64,000 nt of DNA. Origin: an uncultured Gemmatimonadales bacterium (GTDB lineage: Bacteria > Gemmatimonadota > Gemmatimonadetes > Gemmatimonadales > Gemmatimonadaceae). Below, in pieces: positions 32,822-44,528 of the stretch. The notes under the pieces are model-generated. The model did no database searches, was not told the DNA's origin, and saw only the letters and a list, made by a program, of their open reading frames with translations. Positions within the stretch are counted from its first letter, which is position 1, and every line of letters begins with the position of its first letter. Position numbers and translations under genes: made by a program. Where the stretch lies: positions 160,001 to 224,000 of the forward strand of contig CAWBZV010000014.1 in the NCBI GenBank assembly GCA_963793305.1, read 5' to 3'.

Positions 32822-35167
32822 ATGCTGCTTCTCCTCATCGCCGTGTTGGATAGCATTGCTCCCGCACGTGTGTACGATGGCCGCGCGAGAGCGATCACGG
32901 TCGGAGTGCCCCGTCTCGATACCGCCGTCACCGTCGACGGCACGCTGTCCGCACCGGTCTGGCGGCAGGCCGCGCTGCTCACCGGATTCTCCGAGTACAA
33001 ACCCGTCGATGGCGTGCCGGCCGAAGACTCCACGCAGGTCCTCGTGTGGTACTCCAAGGACGCCGTCTACTTCGGCATTCGGGCGTACGAGCGACACGGA
33101 CCGCCGCACGCGACGCACGCCAACCGCGACAAGATCGACGGTGACGACAACGTGCAGCTCATCTTGAGCCCGTTCATCCATTCACACCAAGCGCTGGTGT
33201 TCGCCGTCAATCCGTACGGCGTCCAGGAAGACGGCACGATCACCGAAGGCGTGGCGACGACGATCGGAAGCACGGGGATCCCCAACGCGACGGGGCCCGA
33301 TTCGGTCGACGTGAGCCCGGATTTCGTGTACGACTCCAAGGGACAGCTCACGCCGTTCGGGTATCAGGTCGAGGTCCGGATCCCGTTTCGGAGCATCAAG
33401 TTCCCGGCGCGATCGCCCCAGGACTGGGGCATCAACATCCTGCGCAAGATCCAGCACTCGGGCCACAGCGACACCTGGTACCCCACGAAGCTGGCGGCCG
33501 CGTCGTACCTCGATCAGGCCGGTGCGCTCGCCGGCCTGCACGACCTCGACGCGGGGCTGGTGTTGGATCTCAATCCTATCGTCACCCAGAAGGTCATCGG
33601 CAATCCCACCTCAGGTCCGCCTTCGGGCTGGGGCTACGACGCGGCACGTCCGCAATTTGGAGGGAACGTGCGCTGGGGGATCACGTCGAACCTCCTGCTC
33701 AACGGCACGTATCGGCCGGATTTCGCGGAGGTCGAGTCGGACGCCACGCAGCTCATCCTCGATCCCCGGATCGGCGTGCAGTACCCGGAGAAGCGCCCGT
33801 TCTTCCTCGACGGATTGGAGCAGTTCAATACGCCGAACAATCTCATTTATACGCGCCAGATCGAATCCCCGATCGCGGCATCCAAACTGACCGGCAAGGT
33901 CGGCAACGTCTCGCTCGCCTACCTCGGCGCGATTGACGAGGAGGACCAGGGCGGCCTCGATGGCGGGCACCCGGCCATCAACGTGCTCCGTGTTCGCGAC
34001 GACTTCGCGCAGGGCTCACAGATCGGCGCCGTACTCACCGACAAAGAGGCCGGCGGGAGCTTCAACCGCCTCGTCGGCGCCGATTCCCGCATCACGTTCG
34101 GCCAACTGTATACGGTCAACCTGCAGGCCGCCACGAGCCTCACGCGCGATGCGGGGTCGAGTACCGCGGGTCCGCTGTGGGAGGCCGACTTCACCCGCAC
34201 CGGACGCGCGTTCTACCTGAAGTACCGTCTCAAGGGCGTCGATCCGGAGTTTGACGCCGCCAGCGGCTTCATTTCGCGCGGCAATGTCGTGGAGGCGATA
34301 TTCGACCAACGATACACGTTCTACCCGAAGCACTCGTTCCTGGACACGTTCGGCGTCGGTTTCTACTCTTACGACAACTGGGGCTACCGGAACTTCACCT
34401 CGTTCCATGCGCCCTTGGAACGAGGATATCAGCCGTACGTGATGGCCACACTCCACGGCGGCTGGCAGATCCTGTACCAGTTCGACGAGGGGTTCTACGG
34501 CTACGACCCATCGATCTACCGCAATTATTACCTGGGCCACATCGGCGCCCACGACACGACTTACACACACTTCCCCGGCGGATCTTCGCTCTGGAACATC
34601 GATCACATGCTCCAGGTCACGACGCCGACGTTCGCGCACGTCGATCTGTCGATGCTCCAGCTCTATGGCAACGACTTCAATTTCTTCGAATGGGCGCCGG
34701 CCTATTTCTGGTGGACGTCGCTGACCCTGAATTACCGGCCAACCGCCAACGTGCGCGCGCAGCTCATGTACAACGCGCAGATCTACTGGCGGCGCGACGA
34801 TAACTCGATCGCCGGCAAGACCCTCATCCCGCGGCTCGACATCGAGTACCAACTCTCGCGACCCATTTTCTTCCGGGTCGTCGGACAGTACGACGCGGCG
34901 TATCAGAATACGCTGCGCGACGACTCGCGCACCGGCTTGCCGATTTTTCTCTTGAACCCGGCGACCGGGACCTATTCGCGGGCCACGGCGTTTCAGAGCA
35001 ACCAGCTCCAACTCTCGGCGCTGTTCGCGTACCAGCCGATTCCCGGAACCGTCGCCTTCGTCGGCTACGGCAACACGTTGACCGAGCCGAATGGATTCCA
35101 GTTCAACCCATTGCGGCGGGTCGCCGATAATATCTTCGTCAAGTTCAGCTATCTGTTCCGGATGTGA
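32822..35167 (+). CDS. CBM9-like + DUF5916 domain exported / outer-membrane protein
   Basis: VDGTLSAPVW, FAVNPYGVQEDG, EVRIPFRSIKF, PDFAEVESD, EKRPFFLDG, C-terminal FVKFSYLF. Confidence 0.8.
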   Translation: MLLLLIAVLDSIAPARVYDGRARAITVGVPRLDTAVTVDGTLSAPVWRQAALLTGFSEYKPVDGVPAEDSTQVLVWYSKDAVYFGIRAYERHGPPHATHANRDKIDGDDNVQLILSPFIHSHQALVFAVNPYGVQEDGTITEGVATTIGSTGIPNATGPDSVDVSPDFVYDSKGQLTPFGYQVEVRIPFRSIKFPARSPQDWGINILRKIQHSGHSDTWYPTKLAAASYLDQAGALAGLHDLDAGLVLDLNPIVTQKVIGNPTSGPPSGWGYDAARPQFGGNVRWGITSNLLLNGTYRPDFAEVESDATQLILDPRIGVQYPEKRPFFLDGLEQFNTPNNLIYTRQIESPIAASKLTGKVGNVSLAYLGAIDEEDQGGLDGGHPAINVLRVRDDFAQGSQIGAVLTDKEAGGSFNRLVGADSRITFGQLYTVNLQAATSLTRDAGSSTAGPLWEADFTRTGRAFYLKYRLKGVDPEFDAASGFISRGNVVEAIFDQRYTFYPKHSFLDTFGVGFYSYDNWGYRNFTSFHAPLERGYQPYVMATLHGGWQILYQFDEGFYGYDPSIYRNYYLGHIGAHDTTYTHFPGGSSLWNIDHMLQVTTPTFAHVDLSMLQLYGNDFNFFEWAPAYFWWTSLTLNYRPTANVRAQLMYNAQIYWRRDDNSIAGKTLIPRLDIEYQLSRPIFFRVVGQYDAAYQNTLRDDSRTGLPIFLLNPATGTYSRATAFQSNQLQLSALFAYQPIPGTVAFVGYGNTLTEPNGFQFNPLRRVADNIFVKFSYLFRM

Positions 35168-36375
35168 TGCGGCGCAAAGGCGAGCAGCCAATGCACGAGC
35201 AGCGCGGGCATCGCGATGAGCAGCACGGCGATGGCGTACTCGGTGCGCGAGACGCCGACGCCGAACGGGAACCATATCCCGGGAATATGCAGGAGCGAGA
35301 TCTCGGTCGGGAAAAGCGACATCGCCACCAACACCACGGCGGGTACGGCGAGCCACGCCTCGCGGCCCTGTTGCCGTACGCCAACAACGGTGATGGCGAT
35401 CAAGAGCGCGGCCAACGCGAGCCGCACGACCTGCGCGAACGTCGCGGCGTGCGCGTACTGCGCGATCATCAAGAGCGCGGTGAGTACGCCGATCGCCGCC
35501 GGGGTCCACGCGGGGCGGCGCACGCCGAACCACCCACGCCAAGCCATCACCCACGCGCCAGTCATGAGTGGAATCAGCAGGGTGACCGTGACGATATCGA
35601 ACACCGGCCGACTCTCGTACGGGAGCCAGAAGAAGACCGCCTGGTTCTCGCGGCGCGCGCCGATGAGGAGCAGCGCCACGATGAGCCACCAGTCGCCTCT
35701 ATCGGCGGTATCGAACTGCATCAGGATCAACACCACGAGCGCGACGGGGATGAACCCGAGGCCCTCGACGCAGTCGACGATGTACCCGTTGAACTTCTCC
35801 AACCACTGCAGATCATACTGCGCCCTCACCGCGGCCGCCCGGCCCAAAGCGGGCGCGATGCGGATGCCGCCGCCGGACGGATCGCCGATCAACGCACGCG
35901 GTCTGGCCCATGCGCGAATGGCAATGACCACGGTGTCGGACGCATGTGAGAGCGCGAACAGGTGCGGCTTGGTGTTGTACATGGTCGGCGGCGTGGTCGA
36001 GAAGTCGCCCGCGCCGCCGGCGAGGCGCCCATCGATGAAGAGCTGATACGCGTCGTCCACCTGCAGGGGACCGAGTACGGCGAGCGTGTCGGTCAGCGGC
36101 GCGGTGAGCACGACGCGCGTGCGATACCACGCGAACCCCGTATACCCCGCGTGTCCCCGCGCGCCCCAGCCGTTGACCCAGCCCTTGAGTCCTACGTCGC
36201 CATCGTGCGCGTCGGGCGATGGCGGTGTGAGGTCGACGGCCTCCCACGCGGCGTCGTCGAAATGCGGATCGGCCCACGCCGCGTCGTCACCCGTATGGAA
36301 TTTCCACTCGGTGAGCGTGACAATGGCGTGTCCGAGCGTAACCGATCCAGCGAGGACCAGCGACAAGGCGAGCAT
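35149..36375 (-). CDS. membrane protein: galactose-binding-like periplasmic domain + multi-TM region
   Basis: WKFHTGDDAAWADPHFDDAAW, GFAWYR, VDDAYQLFIDG, then about 6-7 hydrophobic helices. Confidence 0.7.
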   Translation of the reverse strand: MLALSLVLAGSVTLGHAIVTLTEWKFHTGDDAAWADPHFDDAAWEAVDLTPPSPDAHDGDVGLKGWVNGWGARGHAGYTGFAWYRTRVVLTAPLTDTLAVLGPLQVDDAYQLFIDGRLAGGAGDFSTTPPTMYNTKPHLFALSHASDTVVIAIRAWARPRALIGDPSGGGIRIAPALGRAAAVRAQYDLQWLEKFNGYIVDCVEGLGFIPVALVVLILMQFDTADRGDWWLIVALLLIGARRENQAVFFWLPYESRPVFDIVTVTLLIPLMTGAWVMAWRGWFGVRRPAWTPAAIGVLTALLMIAQYAHAATFAQVVRLALAALLIAITVVGVRQQGREAWLAVPAVVLVAMSLFPTEISLLHIPGIWFPFGVGVSRTEYAIAVLLIAMPALLVHWLLAFAPHHIRNR

Positions 36376-36422
36376 GGCGCCAGTATATCGCGGTCGGCTC
36401 GCTCCTAGCTAGATTGGGGGCC

Positions 36423-37205
36423 ATGGAAGAGACCTTACTGAGCCGCTTCATGCAGGCGCTGGTGACGGGTGCGATCCGGGTCGTCGATCTGAGCCAGCCG
36501 CTCGATCCGACCACCCCTGTCATCCAATTGCCGCCGGACTTCGGCCCCTCCTGGCCGTTCCGCTTGGAGGAGATCTCCCACTATGACAGCCGCGGACCGG
36601 CGTGGTACTGGAACAACTTTTCCTGCGGCGAGCACACGGGGACGCATTTCGATGCGCCGGTGCACTGGGTGACCGGCAAGGACTACCCGAAGAACGCCAC
36701 GGACAGCATCCCGGCCGAGAAGCTCGTGGCGCCGGCGTGCGTCATTGACGTCTCACGCGAAGCGGCCGCCGATAGCGACTTCTTGCTGACCCCTGCGCAC
36801 GTCGAGGCATGGGAAAAGAAGCACGGGCGCATCGAGGCGGGATCCTGGGTGCTCATGCGGACCGACTGGTCCAAGCGACGCGCCCCCGCGGCGTTCTTGA
36901 ACATGACCGATACGGGCGCCCACGTTCCGGGGCCTGACCCATCCCTGGTTCCGTTCCTGGCGAAGGAGCGCAATGTGATCGGCTGGGGGTCCGAGGGCGT
37001 CGGCACCGACGCCGGCCAGGCGTTTCGGTTCGACCCTCCGTTCCCGTGCCACAGCATCATGCACGGCAGCAACAAATTCGGACTGGCCAGCCTGACCAAC
37101 CTCGATCAGCTCCCGCCCAAAGGCGCGATCCTGATCACGCCTCCGCTCAAGATCGTCAACGGCTCCGGAAGCCCTTGCCGCGTGCTCGCGTTGGTGACGG
37201 CATGA
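36423..37205 (+). CDS. cyclase-family metallo-amidohydrolase, isatin hydrolase-like
   Basis: HTGTHFDAPVHW metal motif. QLPPDF, ISHYD.RGP and HWVTGKDY match isatin hydrolases as I recall them. GSGSP C-terminus. Confidence 0.85.
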   Translation: MEETLLSRFMQALVTGAIRVVDLSQPLDPTTPVIQLPPDFGPSWPFRLEEISHYDSRGPAWYWNNFSCGEHTGTHFDAPVHWVTGKDYPKNATDSIPAEKLVAPACVIDVSREAAADSDFLLTPAHVEAWEKKHGRIEAGSWVLMRTDWSKRRAPAAFLNMTDTGAHVPGPDPSLVPFLAKERNVIGWGSEGVGTDAGQAFRFDPPFPCHSIMHGSNKFGLASLTNLDQLPPKGAILITPPLKIVNGSGSPCRVLALVTA

Positions 37206-37217
37206 TACATTAGGAGT

Positions 37218-39350
37218 ATGGCGGAACGGAGTTTCGCGAAGGAGGTCCGCAAGCTCAGCCTGGGCGCCGGCGAGGAATTTCGCGGCGAAGGCATCCTCGC
37301 CGTCACCAAAGCTCTCCTGCAGTCCGGCGTCTCGTACGTCGCGGGATATCAAGGGGCGCCGATCTCCCACTTGATGGACGTGCTCACCGACGCCAACGCG
37401 ATCCTCGAGTCGCTCGGCGTCCACTTCGAGCACAGCGCGTCCGAGGCGACCGCCGCCGCGACCCTCGCCGCGTCCGTCAACTATCCGCTCCGTGGCGCCG
37501 TCACGTTCAAGTCGACGGTCGGAACGAATGTCGCGTCCGACGCCCTGGCGAATCTGGCATCGGGCGGTGTCTGCGGCGGCGCACTGATCATCGTCGGCGA
37601 GGACTATGGCGACGGCTCCAGCATCATGCAGGAGCGGTCGCACGCGTTCGCGATGAAATCGCAGATGTGGCTCCTCGATCCGCGGCCCAATCTGCCATTG
37701 ATCGTGCGCGCGGTCGAGCAAGGGTTCGCGCTGTCCGAGGCGAGCCATACGCCCGTGATGCTGGAGCTGCGCATCCGGGCGTGTCACGTGCACGGGCGGT
37801 TTATCGCCAAAGACAACGTTCGGCCCTCCTTCACGCTGAAAGACGCGATGGAGCGGCCCGTGCGCGACACCAGTCGCATCGTGCTCCCGCCGTCGAGTTT
37901 TCTCCACGAGCAAGAGAAGATTCGCACCCGGTGGCCCGCGGCACAGCAGTTCATCGTCGAGCAAGGGCTCAACGAAATCTTCGCCGCGGACGCCCAGGAC
38001 ATTGGGATAATCCTGCAGGGCGGCATGTACAACACCACCGTGCGGTCGCTCGAGCTGCTGGGCCTCGCCGACGCGTTTGGCGACAGCAAGATCCCGCTCT
38101 ATGTCCTCAACGTCACGTATCCGCTCGTCAATGACGAAGTGCGGCAATTCTGCGCCGGGAAACGGGCTGTCCTGATCATCGAAGAAGGCCAGCCCGATTT
38201 CATCGAGCAAGCGTTGAATGCCATGCTGCGCAAATCCGGCAGCACGACGCGGGTGGACGGGAAGGATGTCCTGCCGATGGCGGGCGAGTATACGGCGGCC
38301 GTCGTCATGTCCGGCGTTCGTGCATTCATCGAGCGCCATGCACCAAGCCTGCTGCAACCGCGCGCGAGGCCAGTTGCGGCGAGCGCGAAGCGCGAGCTGC
38401 CCGTTCATTCCCGGCCACCGTCGTTTTGTACGGGTTGTCCCGAACGCCCGATCTTCACCGCCATGAAGCTGGTGGAGCGCGAGCTCGGCCAGCATCACGT
38501 GAGCTGCGACATTGGCTGTCACTTGTTCTCGATCCTGCCGCCGTTCAACATTGGCGCCACGACGATGGGCTATGGCCTCGGCTGGGCCGGGGCGGCGGCG
38601 TTCAACACCAAGGAGACGGACAAGCGCACGGTCTCCTTCATGGGCGACGGCGGTTTCTGGCACAATGGCCTGACGAGCGGCGTCGGCAACGCCGTGTTCA
38701 ATCAGAGCGACAGTGTACTGATCGTCGTCGACAACAGCTATACCGCGGCAACCGGTGGACAGGATATCCTGTCGTCCAAGGCCGACAACCCGATCCGCCG
38801 GACCAAGCTGTCGATTGCCGACGCGGTTCGGGGTGTGGGCGTCAAGTGGGTTCGGACGGTGACGCGAACGTATGACGTCGCCCACATGCGCGACGTCCTC
38901 CGGGATGCGCTCACCACGAAGGAAAAGGGGCCAAAGGTCATCGTGGCCCAGAGCGAGTGCACGCTGAACAAGCAGCGGCGCGTCAAACCGCTGATGCTAC
39001 AGCGCGCGAAGGAGGGGCATCGGGTCGTGCGCGAGAAATTCGGCGTCGATTCTGATACCTGTACGGGCGACCATTCGTGCATCCGCCTCTCCGGGTGTCC
39101 GTCGCTCACCGTGGCCGACAACCCCGATCCATTGCGCCCGGATCCGGTGGCGACGGTGCTCGACAGCTGCGTCGGGTGTGGCCTGTGCGGCGAAGTCGCC
39201 CACGCGGCAAAATTGTGCCCGTCGTTCTATCGAGCCGACGTCGTCTCGAATCCCGGCCGGTGGGAGCGCATGACCGCTCGCGTGCGGGCCATGCTGATCG
39301 GCGTCCTGCAACGGCGACTCGACCGGCGCCTCGCCGGCATCTACGGATGA
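37218..39350 (+). CDS. iorA: indolepyruvate:ferredoxin oxidoreductase family, alpha subunit
   Basis: GYQGAP, SFCTGCPER, DIGC, TPP motif GDGGFWHNG...N, ferredoxin CTGDHSC / CVGCGLC. Confidence 0.92.
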   Translation: MAERSFAKEVRKLSLGAGEEFRGEGILAVTKALLQSGVSYVAGYQGAPISHLMDVLTDANAILESLGVHFEHSASEATAAATLAASVNYPLRGAVTFKSTVGTNVASDALANLASGGVCGGALIIVGEDYGDGSSIMQERSHAFAMKSQMWLLDPRPNLPLIVRAVEQGFALSEASHTPVMLELRIRACHVHGRFIAKDNVRPSFTLKDAMERPVRDTSRIVLPPSSFLHEQEKIRTRWPAAQQFIVEQGLNEIFAADAQDIGIILQGGMYNTTVRSLELLGLADAFGDSKIPLYVLNVTYPLVNDEVRQFCAGKRAVLIIEEGQPDFIEQALNAMLRKSGSTTRVDGKDVLPMAGEYTAAVVMSGVRAFIERHAPSLLQPRARPVAASAKRELPVHSRPPSFCTGCPERPIFTAMKLVERELGQHHVSCDIGCHLFSILPPFNIGATTMGYGLGWAGAAAFNTKETDKRTVSFMGDGGFWHNGLTSGVGNAVFNQSDSVLIVVDNSYTAATGGQDILSSKADNPIRRTKLSIADAVRGVGVKWVRTVTRTYDVAHMRDVLRDALTTKEKGPKVIVAQSECTLNKQRRVKPLMLQRAKEGHRVVREKFGVDSDTCTGDHSCIRLSGCPSLTVADNPDPLRPDPVATVLDSCVGCGLCGEVAHAAKLCPSFYRADVVSNPGRWERMTARVRAMLIGVLQRRLDRRLAGIYG

Positions 39351-40769
39351 GAGCGACGAGCATCGCCATCCTGGCGATGGGCGGCGAGGGCGGTGGTGTC
39401 CTCGCCGACTGGATCGTCGACGTCGCCGAGCACGCGGGGTATCGGGCGCAGACGACATCGGTCCCGGGCGTGGCGCAGCGGACCGGCGCGACGATCTACT
39501 ACGTGGAGATCTTCCCGGCGTCGGACCGCGAGCCGGTGCTGGCGCTCATGCCGGTGCCCGGCGAAGTCGACGTCGTGATCGCGTCTGAGCTCATGGAGGC
39601 TGGGCGCGCGGTGCAGCGTGGATTGGTCACGAGCGACCGGACGACGCTCATCATGTCGACGCACCGGGTCTATTCGATGACCGAGCGCACGGCATCAGCG
39701 GACGGGCGCGTCGACTCCGCCACGCTGCTCGAGGGGGCGAAGCAGGCGGCGCGCCTGTGCGTGAGCCGCGACTTCTCCAGAATCGCCGAGGACAACAAGA
39801 GCGTCATCAGCGCGGCCTTGCTCGGCGCGCTCGCGGCAACACACGCGCTGCCGTTCGAGCGCCGGCAGTTCGAAGAGGCCATCGACCGGGGTGGCGTTGG
39901 CGTGGCATCGAGTCGCGCCGCATTTGCCGCGGGCCTCGCTGCCGCAAAAAATGGCGACCGGCCGACCGCGGCCCCCGCCCCTGCGACGTTCGAGCGTAGG
40001 ACCACGACTCGCCGCTCTAGCTACCCGGGTCCGCCAGTCGTATCCGGCTGTATCCCATGAGATCTTGATCGCCGGGATCCAGCGGCTTGCCGACTACCAG
40101 GACGAACGATATGCGGCCGAGTACCTGGATCGGCTGGAGCCGATTCGCGACGTCGATTCGGGGGATTGTCTCGTACTCAAAGAGACCGCGCGCTATCTGG
40201 CGCTCTGGATGTCGTACGAGGACGCCATCCGCGTCGCCGACCTCAAGATTCGCGGCGGTCGTTTCGCGCGCGTCGTGCGCGAGTCGCGAGCCACCGACGG
40301 GCAGGTCGTGCACATCAACGAGTTCCTGCACCCGCAGATCGGCGAGCTGGCCGACATCGCGCCGGGATGGCTTGGCCGATGGATGCTGAATAGCTCGGCC
40401 GTCCGATGGGTCATCGGAGCACTCACCAAGAAAGGGACCGTTCTCCAGACGACGTCCCTCTACGGGTTCGCGCGCCTCTATTTCCTGGCGTCGCTGCGGC
40501 CAATGCGGCGCGGCTCGCTTCGTTTCGCACGCGAGCATGCGAAGATCGTCGAGTGGCTCAACCAGATTCCCGCGTTGGCGAAAACAAACTACCCGCTCGC
40601 GCTGGAAGTCGCGCAGGTCCCGCGCCTCGTGAAGGGGTACGGCGAGACACACGAACACGGGAGTCGCCGATTCGACGACGTCATGCGCGCCGTGCCCGAG
40701 CTCAGCGCGCGAGACGATGCGGCGCCGCGACTCCGCGCGCTGCGCGAGGCGGCGCTGGCCGAGGTATGA
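39347..40769 (+). CDS. iorB: indolepyruvate oxidoreductase beta-family subunit (extra base near 39989)
   Basis: [21 protein letters not shown], then [32 protein letters not shown] in the next frame. Confidence 0.88.
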
Positions 40770-43041
40770 GAATCGCGTGCCTGGGAGGCGGGCCGGCTGG
40801 ACTCTACTTCTCGATTCTCGCGAAGAAGGCCAATCCATCCTGGGACATCACGGTCGTCGAGCGCAACCGGGCCGACGACACGTTCGGCTGGGGCGTGGTC
40901 TTCTCCGACAAGACGATGGACGGATTCAGGACCGATCGACCCCGAGACGCACGACGCGATCGTCCGAGCGTTCCGCCATTGGGATGACATTGACGTCCAC
41001 TTCAAAGGCCGAGTGGTGACCTCCGGTGGTCACGGGTTTTGCGGTATCGCGCGGATAACCCTGTTGCAGATCCTGCAGCAGACGGGCCCGCGAGCTCGGT
41101 GTCGATCTTCGGTTTCAGACCGAGGTGAGTGACCCCACCGGCTACGCGCGCGACTTCGATCTCGTGGTCGCATTGGATGGCGCCAACTCCGTCACGAGGC
41201 GTACGTTCGAGCCGATCTTCCGGCCGAACATCGATGTCCGGCGGAATCGCTTTATCTGGCTCGGCAGCCGCGCCAAGCTCGACGCCTTCACGTTCGACTT
41301 CCGCGAGACCGAGTGGGGCTGGTTCAACCTCCACGCGTATCGGTTCGCCGAGGACTGGTCGACGTTCATCGTCGAGACCCCGGAGCAGAACTGGCGGGCG
41401 GCCGGCATAGACCGGATGCCGCTGGCCGAGTCGATCCACTTGTGCGAAGCGCTGTTCGCCGACCGGCTGCAGGGTCAGCCGCTCATCTCCAACGCGCACC
41501 ACAAGCAGGGCGCCGACGCCTGGCTCACGTTCCAGCGCATTCTCTGTGAGCGCTGGTACCACGAGAACATCGTGCTGATCGGCGACGCGGCGCACACGGC
41601 GCATTTCAGCATCGGCTCCGGCACCAAGCTGGCGATGGAGGATGCGATCGCCCTCGCGCGCGTGCTCTCGGCCGGCGGCGCGCTGGCGCAGTACCAGAGC
41701 GAGCGCGAGGTCGAGGCGCTCAAGCTGCAGAGCGCCGCCCGCAATCGGATGGAGTGGTTCGAGCAGATCGAGCGCTACGTGCACCTGGAGCCGGAACAGT
41801 TCGCCTACAGCCTGCTCACGGGGAGCCAGCGGATCGGCCACGAGAATCTGAAGGTGCGGGACAAGCAGTACGTGGCCAGCGTGGAGCGATGGTTCGGCGA
41901 GCGGTGCGGCGTGACCGATGTCCGTCCGCCCATGTTCACGCCGTTCACCGTCCGCGGCGTATCCCTCAAGAATCGCGTGCTGGTCTCGCCAATGGCGACG
42001 TACCGCGCGATCGACGGGATGCCGAACGACTTTCATCTCGTGCATTTCGGCGCCCGGGCGATGGGTGGCGCTGCCATGGTCTTCACCGAGATGACCTGCG
42101 TGTCGCCGGAAGGCCGGATCACGCCCGGGTGCTTGGGTCTTTGGACGGATGCGCAGCGCGATGAGTGGACGCGCATCGTCCACTACGTCCACGCCGAGAC
42201 CGACGCGAAGATCGCGCTGCAACTCGGGCACTCGGGGCGCAAAGGGTCTACGCGTCGCGGATGGGAAGGCATTGACCAACCGCTCGACAGTGACAACTGG
42301 CCGCTCGTCTCGGCATCGGCCATCCCGTACATCGAGGGCGTCTCGGACACCCCGCGCGAGGCAACACACGCCGACCTGGCGTGCATCCGCGAGCAGTTTG
42401 TCGCCGCGGCGCGACGGGGCGCGATCGCGGGGTTCGACTGGCTCGAGCTGCACTGTGCCCACGGGTATTTTCTGTCGAGCTTTATCTCCCCACTGACCAA
42501 TCATCGGTCCGATCAGTACGGCGGTTCGCTCGCCAATCGCTGCCGCTATCCGCTGGAAGTGTTCCGGGCCATGCGTGATGTCTGGCCGGACGATCGGCCG
42601 GTGAGCGTCCGCATCTCGGCCCATGACTGGGTGCCGGGCGGACTGACGCCCGATGACGCGATCGAGGTCGCTCGCTTGTTCAAGGACGCCGGCGCCGACG
42701 TGATCGACTGCTCATCGGGGCAGGTCAGCAAGGCCGAGCGGCCGGTGTACGGCCGGATGTTCCAGGTGCCGTTCGCCGACCGGATTCGGAACGAGGTCGG
42801 CATACCGACGATCGCGGTCGGCAATATTTTCGAGGGCGACCACGTGAACACGATCATCGCGGCCGGCCGCGCCGATCTCTGCGCGGTCGCCCGCCCGCAC
42901 CTCGCCGACCCGGCGTGGACGCTGCACGAAGCCGCGAAGCAGGGGTACGCGGATCTCTGGTGGCCCGATCCCTATCTCAACGGAAAACAGCAATTGGAAC
43001 GCAACCTGGCGCGCGCCGCGCTCCTCGCATTGCAGGTATGA
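40766..43041 (+). CDS. abmA: 2-aminobenzoyl-CoA monooxygenase/reductase (salicylyl-CoA 5-hydroxylase family; extra bases near 40933 and 41082)
   Basis: [37 protein letters not shown] (flavin monooxygenase) fused to an OYE domain ([23 protein letters not shown]). Confidence 0.9.
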
Positions 43042-43739
43042 CACTGACTGGGAAGCACGCCGTCGTGACCGGCGGCAATCGCGGCATCGGCGCCGCGATC
43101 GTCCGCGCATTGCAGGAGCACGGCGCGCGAGTCACCGTCGTCCACCGGGCGACCGTGGATGTGGCTGATGGCGACGCGGTGGCCCGAGCCTTTGCCGGAA
43201 TGGGTCGGGTCGACATTCTGGTCAACAACGCTGGCCAGGCGGGCTCGGCGCCCTTCGCCAAAACGGACCACGAGCTGTGGCGCCGGATGATGAGCGTCAA
43301 CCTCGATGGCACCTACTATTGCATGCAGGCCGTGCTGCCGGGCATGCGCGAGGCAGGGTGGGGGCGGATCGTCAACATCGCCAGCACCGCGGGCTTGGTT
43401 GGATACCGGTACGTCTCGGCCTACTGCGCCGCGAAGCACGCCGTGATCGGTCTCACGCGCGCGGTGGCGCTGGAAGTCGCGACCGTAGGAATTACCGTCA
43501 ATGCCGTGTGCCCGGGATACACGGAGACCGATATGGCCAGCGACGCCATCGCGAAGATCGCCGAGCGCACGAAGCGCACGCGCGAGGAGGCGCGCTCCGA
43601 GCTCGAGGCGCACAACCCACAACACCGACTCGTACGGCCCGAGGAGGTCGCGAATGCCGTCGCCTGGCTCTGCCTGCCGGGCAGCGAGGCCATCACGGGG
43701 CAGACGATCGCCGTCGCCGGCGGTGAGGTCATGACATAA
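43038..43739 (+). CDS. SDR-family oxidoreductase (AbmB-like)
   Basis: [21 protein letters not shown]. Confidence 0.9.
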   Translation: MTLTGKHAVVTGGNRGIGAAIVRALQEHGARVTVVHRATVDVADGDAVARAFAGMGRVDILVNNAGQAGSAPFAKTDHELWRRMMSVNLDGTYYCMQAVLPGMREAGWGRIVNIASTAGLVGYRYVSAYCAAKHAVIGLTRAVALEVATVGITVNAVCPGYTETDMASDAIAKIAERTKRTREEARSELEAHNPQHRLVRPEEVANAVAWLCLPGSEAITGQTIAVAGGEVMT

Positions 43740-44525
43740 TGGACATTGAGTACGTCACCACCCAGGGCGTCGCGACGATTACGCTCAATCGGCCCGAGCG
43801 CAAGAATCCCCTCACGTTCGAGATGTACGCCGAGCTGCGGGATCATTTTCGTGGGCTCAACACAAGCGGAGATGTCAAAGCCGTTGTCGTCACCGGCGCC
43901 GGTGAGAATTTCTGCTCCGGGGGAGACGTCCACGAGATCATCGGACCGCTGACCAAGCGCGATATGCCGGGTCTGTTGGAGTTCACCCGACTCACCGGCG
44001 ACCTGGTCAAAGGCCATGCGCGCGTGCCCACAGCCCATCGTCTCGGCTATCGACGGGATCTGTGTCGGCGCGGGCGCGATCATCGCGCTGGCGTCCGATT
44101 TTCGGTACGGAACGGCGCGGAGCAAGACCGCGTTCCTGTTCACGCGTGTAGGCCTCGCCGGGTGCGACATGGGCGCGTGCGCTATGTTGCCGCGCGTGAT
44201 CGGTCAGGGTCGTGCGGCCGAGCTCTTGTACACTGGGCGCAGCATGGGTGGCGAGGAGGCCGAGCGCTGGGGGTTCTTCAACCGCCTGTGCGAGCCGGGG
44301 AATGTCCTCGGCGAAGCGACAACCTTGGCGGCCGAGCTGGCAGCGGGGCCGACTTTCGCGCACGGCATGACGAAGAAGATGCTTCAGCAAGAATGGAACA
44401 TGGGCGTCGATGAGGCGATCGAGGCCGAGGCGCAGGCGCAGGCGATCTGTATGGCGACGAAGGATTTTGATCGTGCGTATCGCGCGTTCGTCGCGAAAAC
44501 GAAACCCGTGTTCGAGGGCAACTGA
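43739..44525 (+). CDS. enoyl-CoA hydratase family protein (AbmC-like; extra A near 44010)
   Basis: [22 protein letters not shown], then [23 protein letters not shown] in the next frame. Confidence 0.9.
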
Positions 44526-44528
44526 CGG

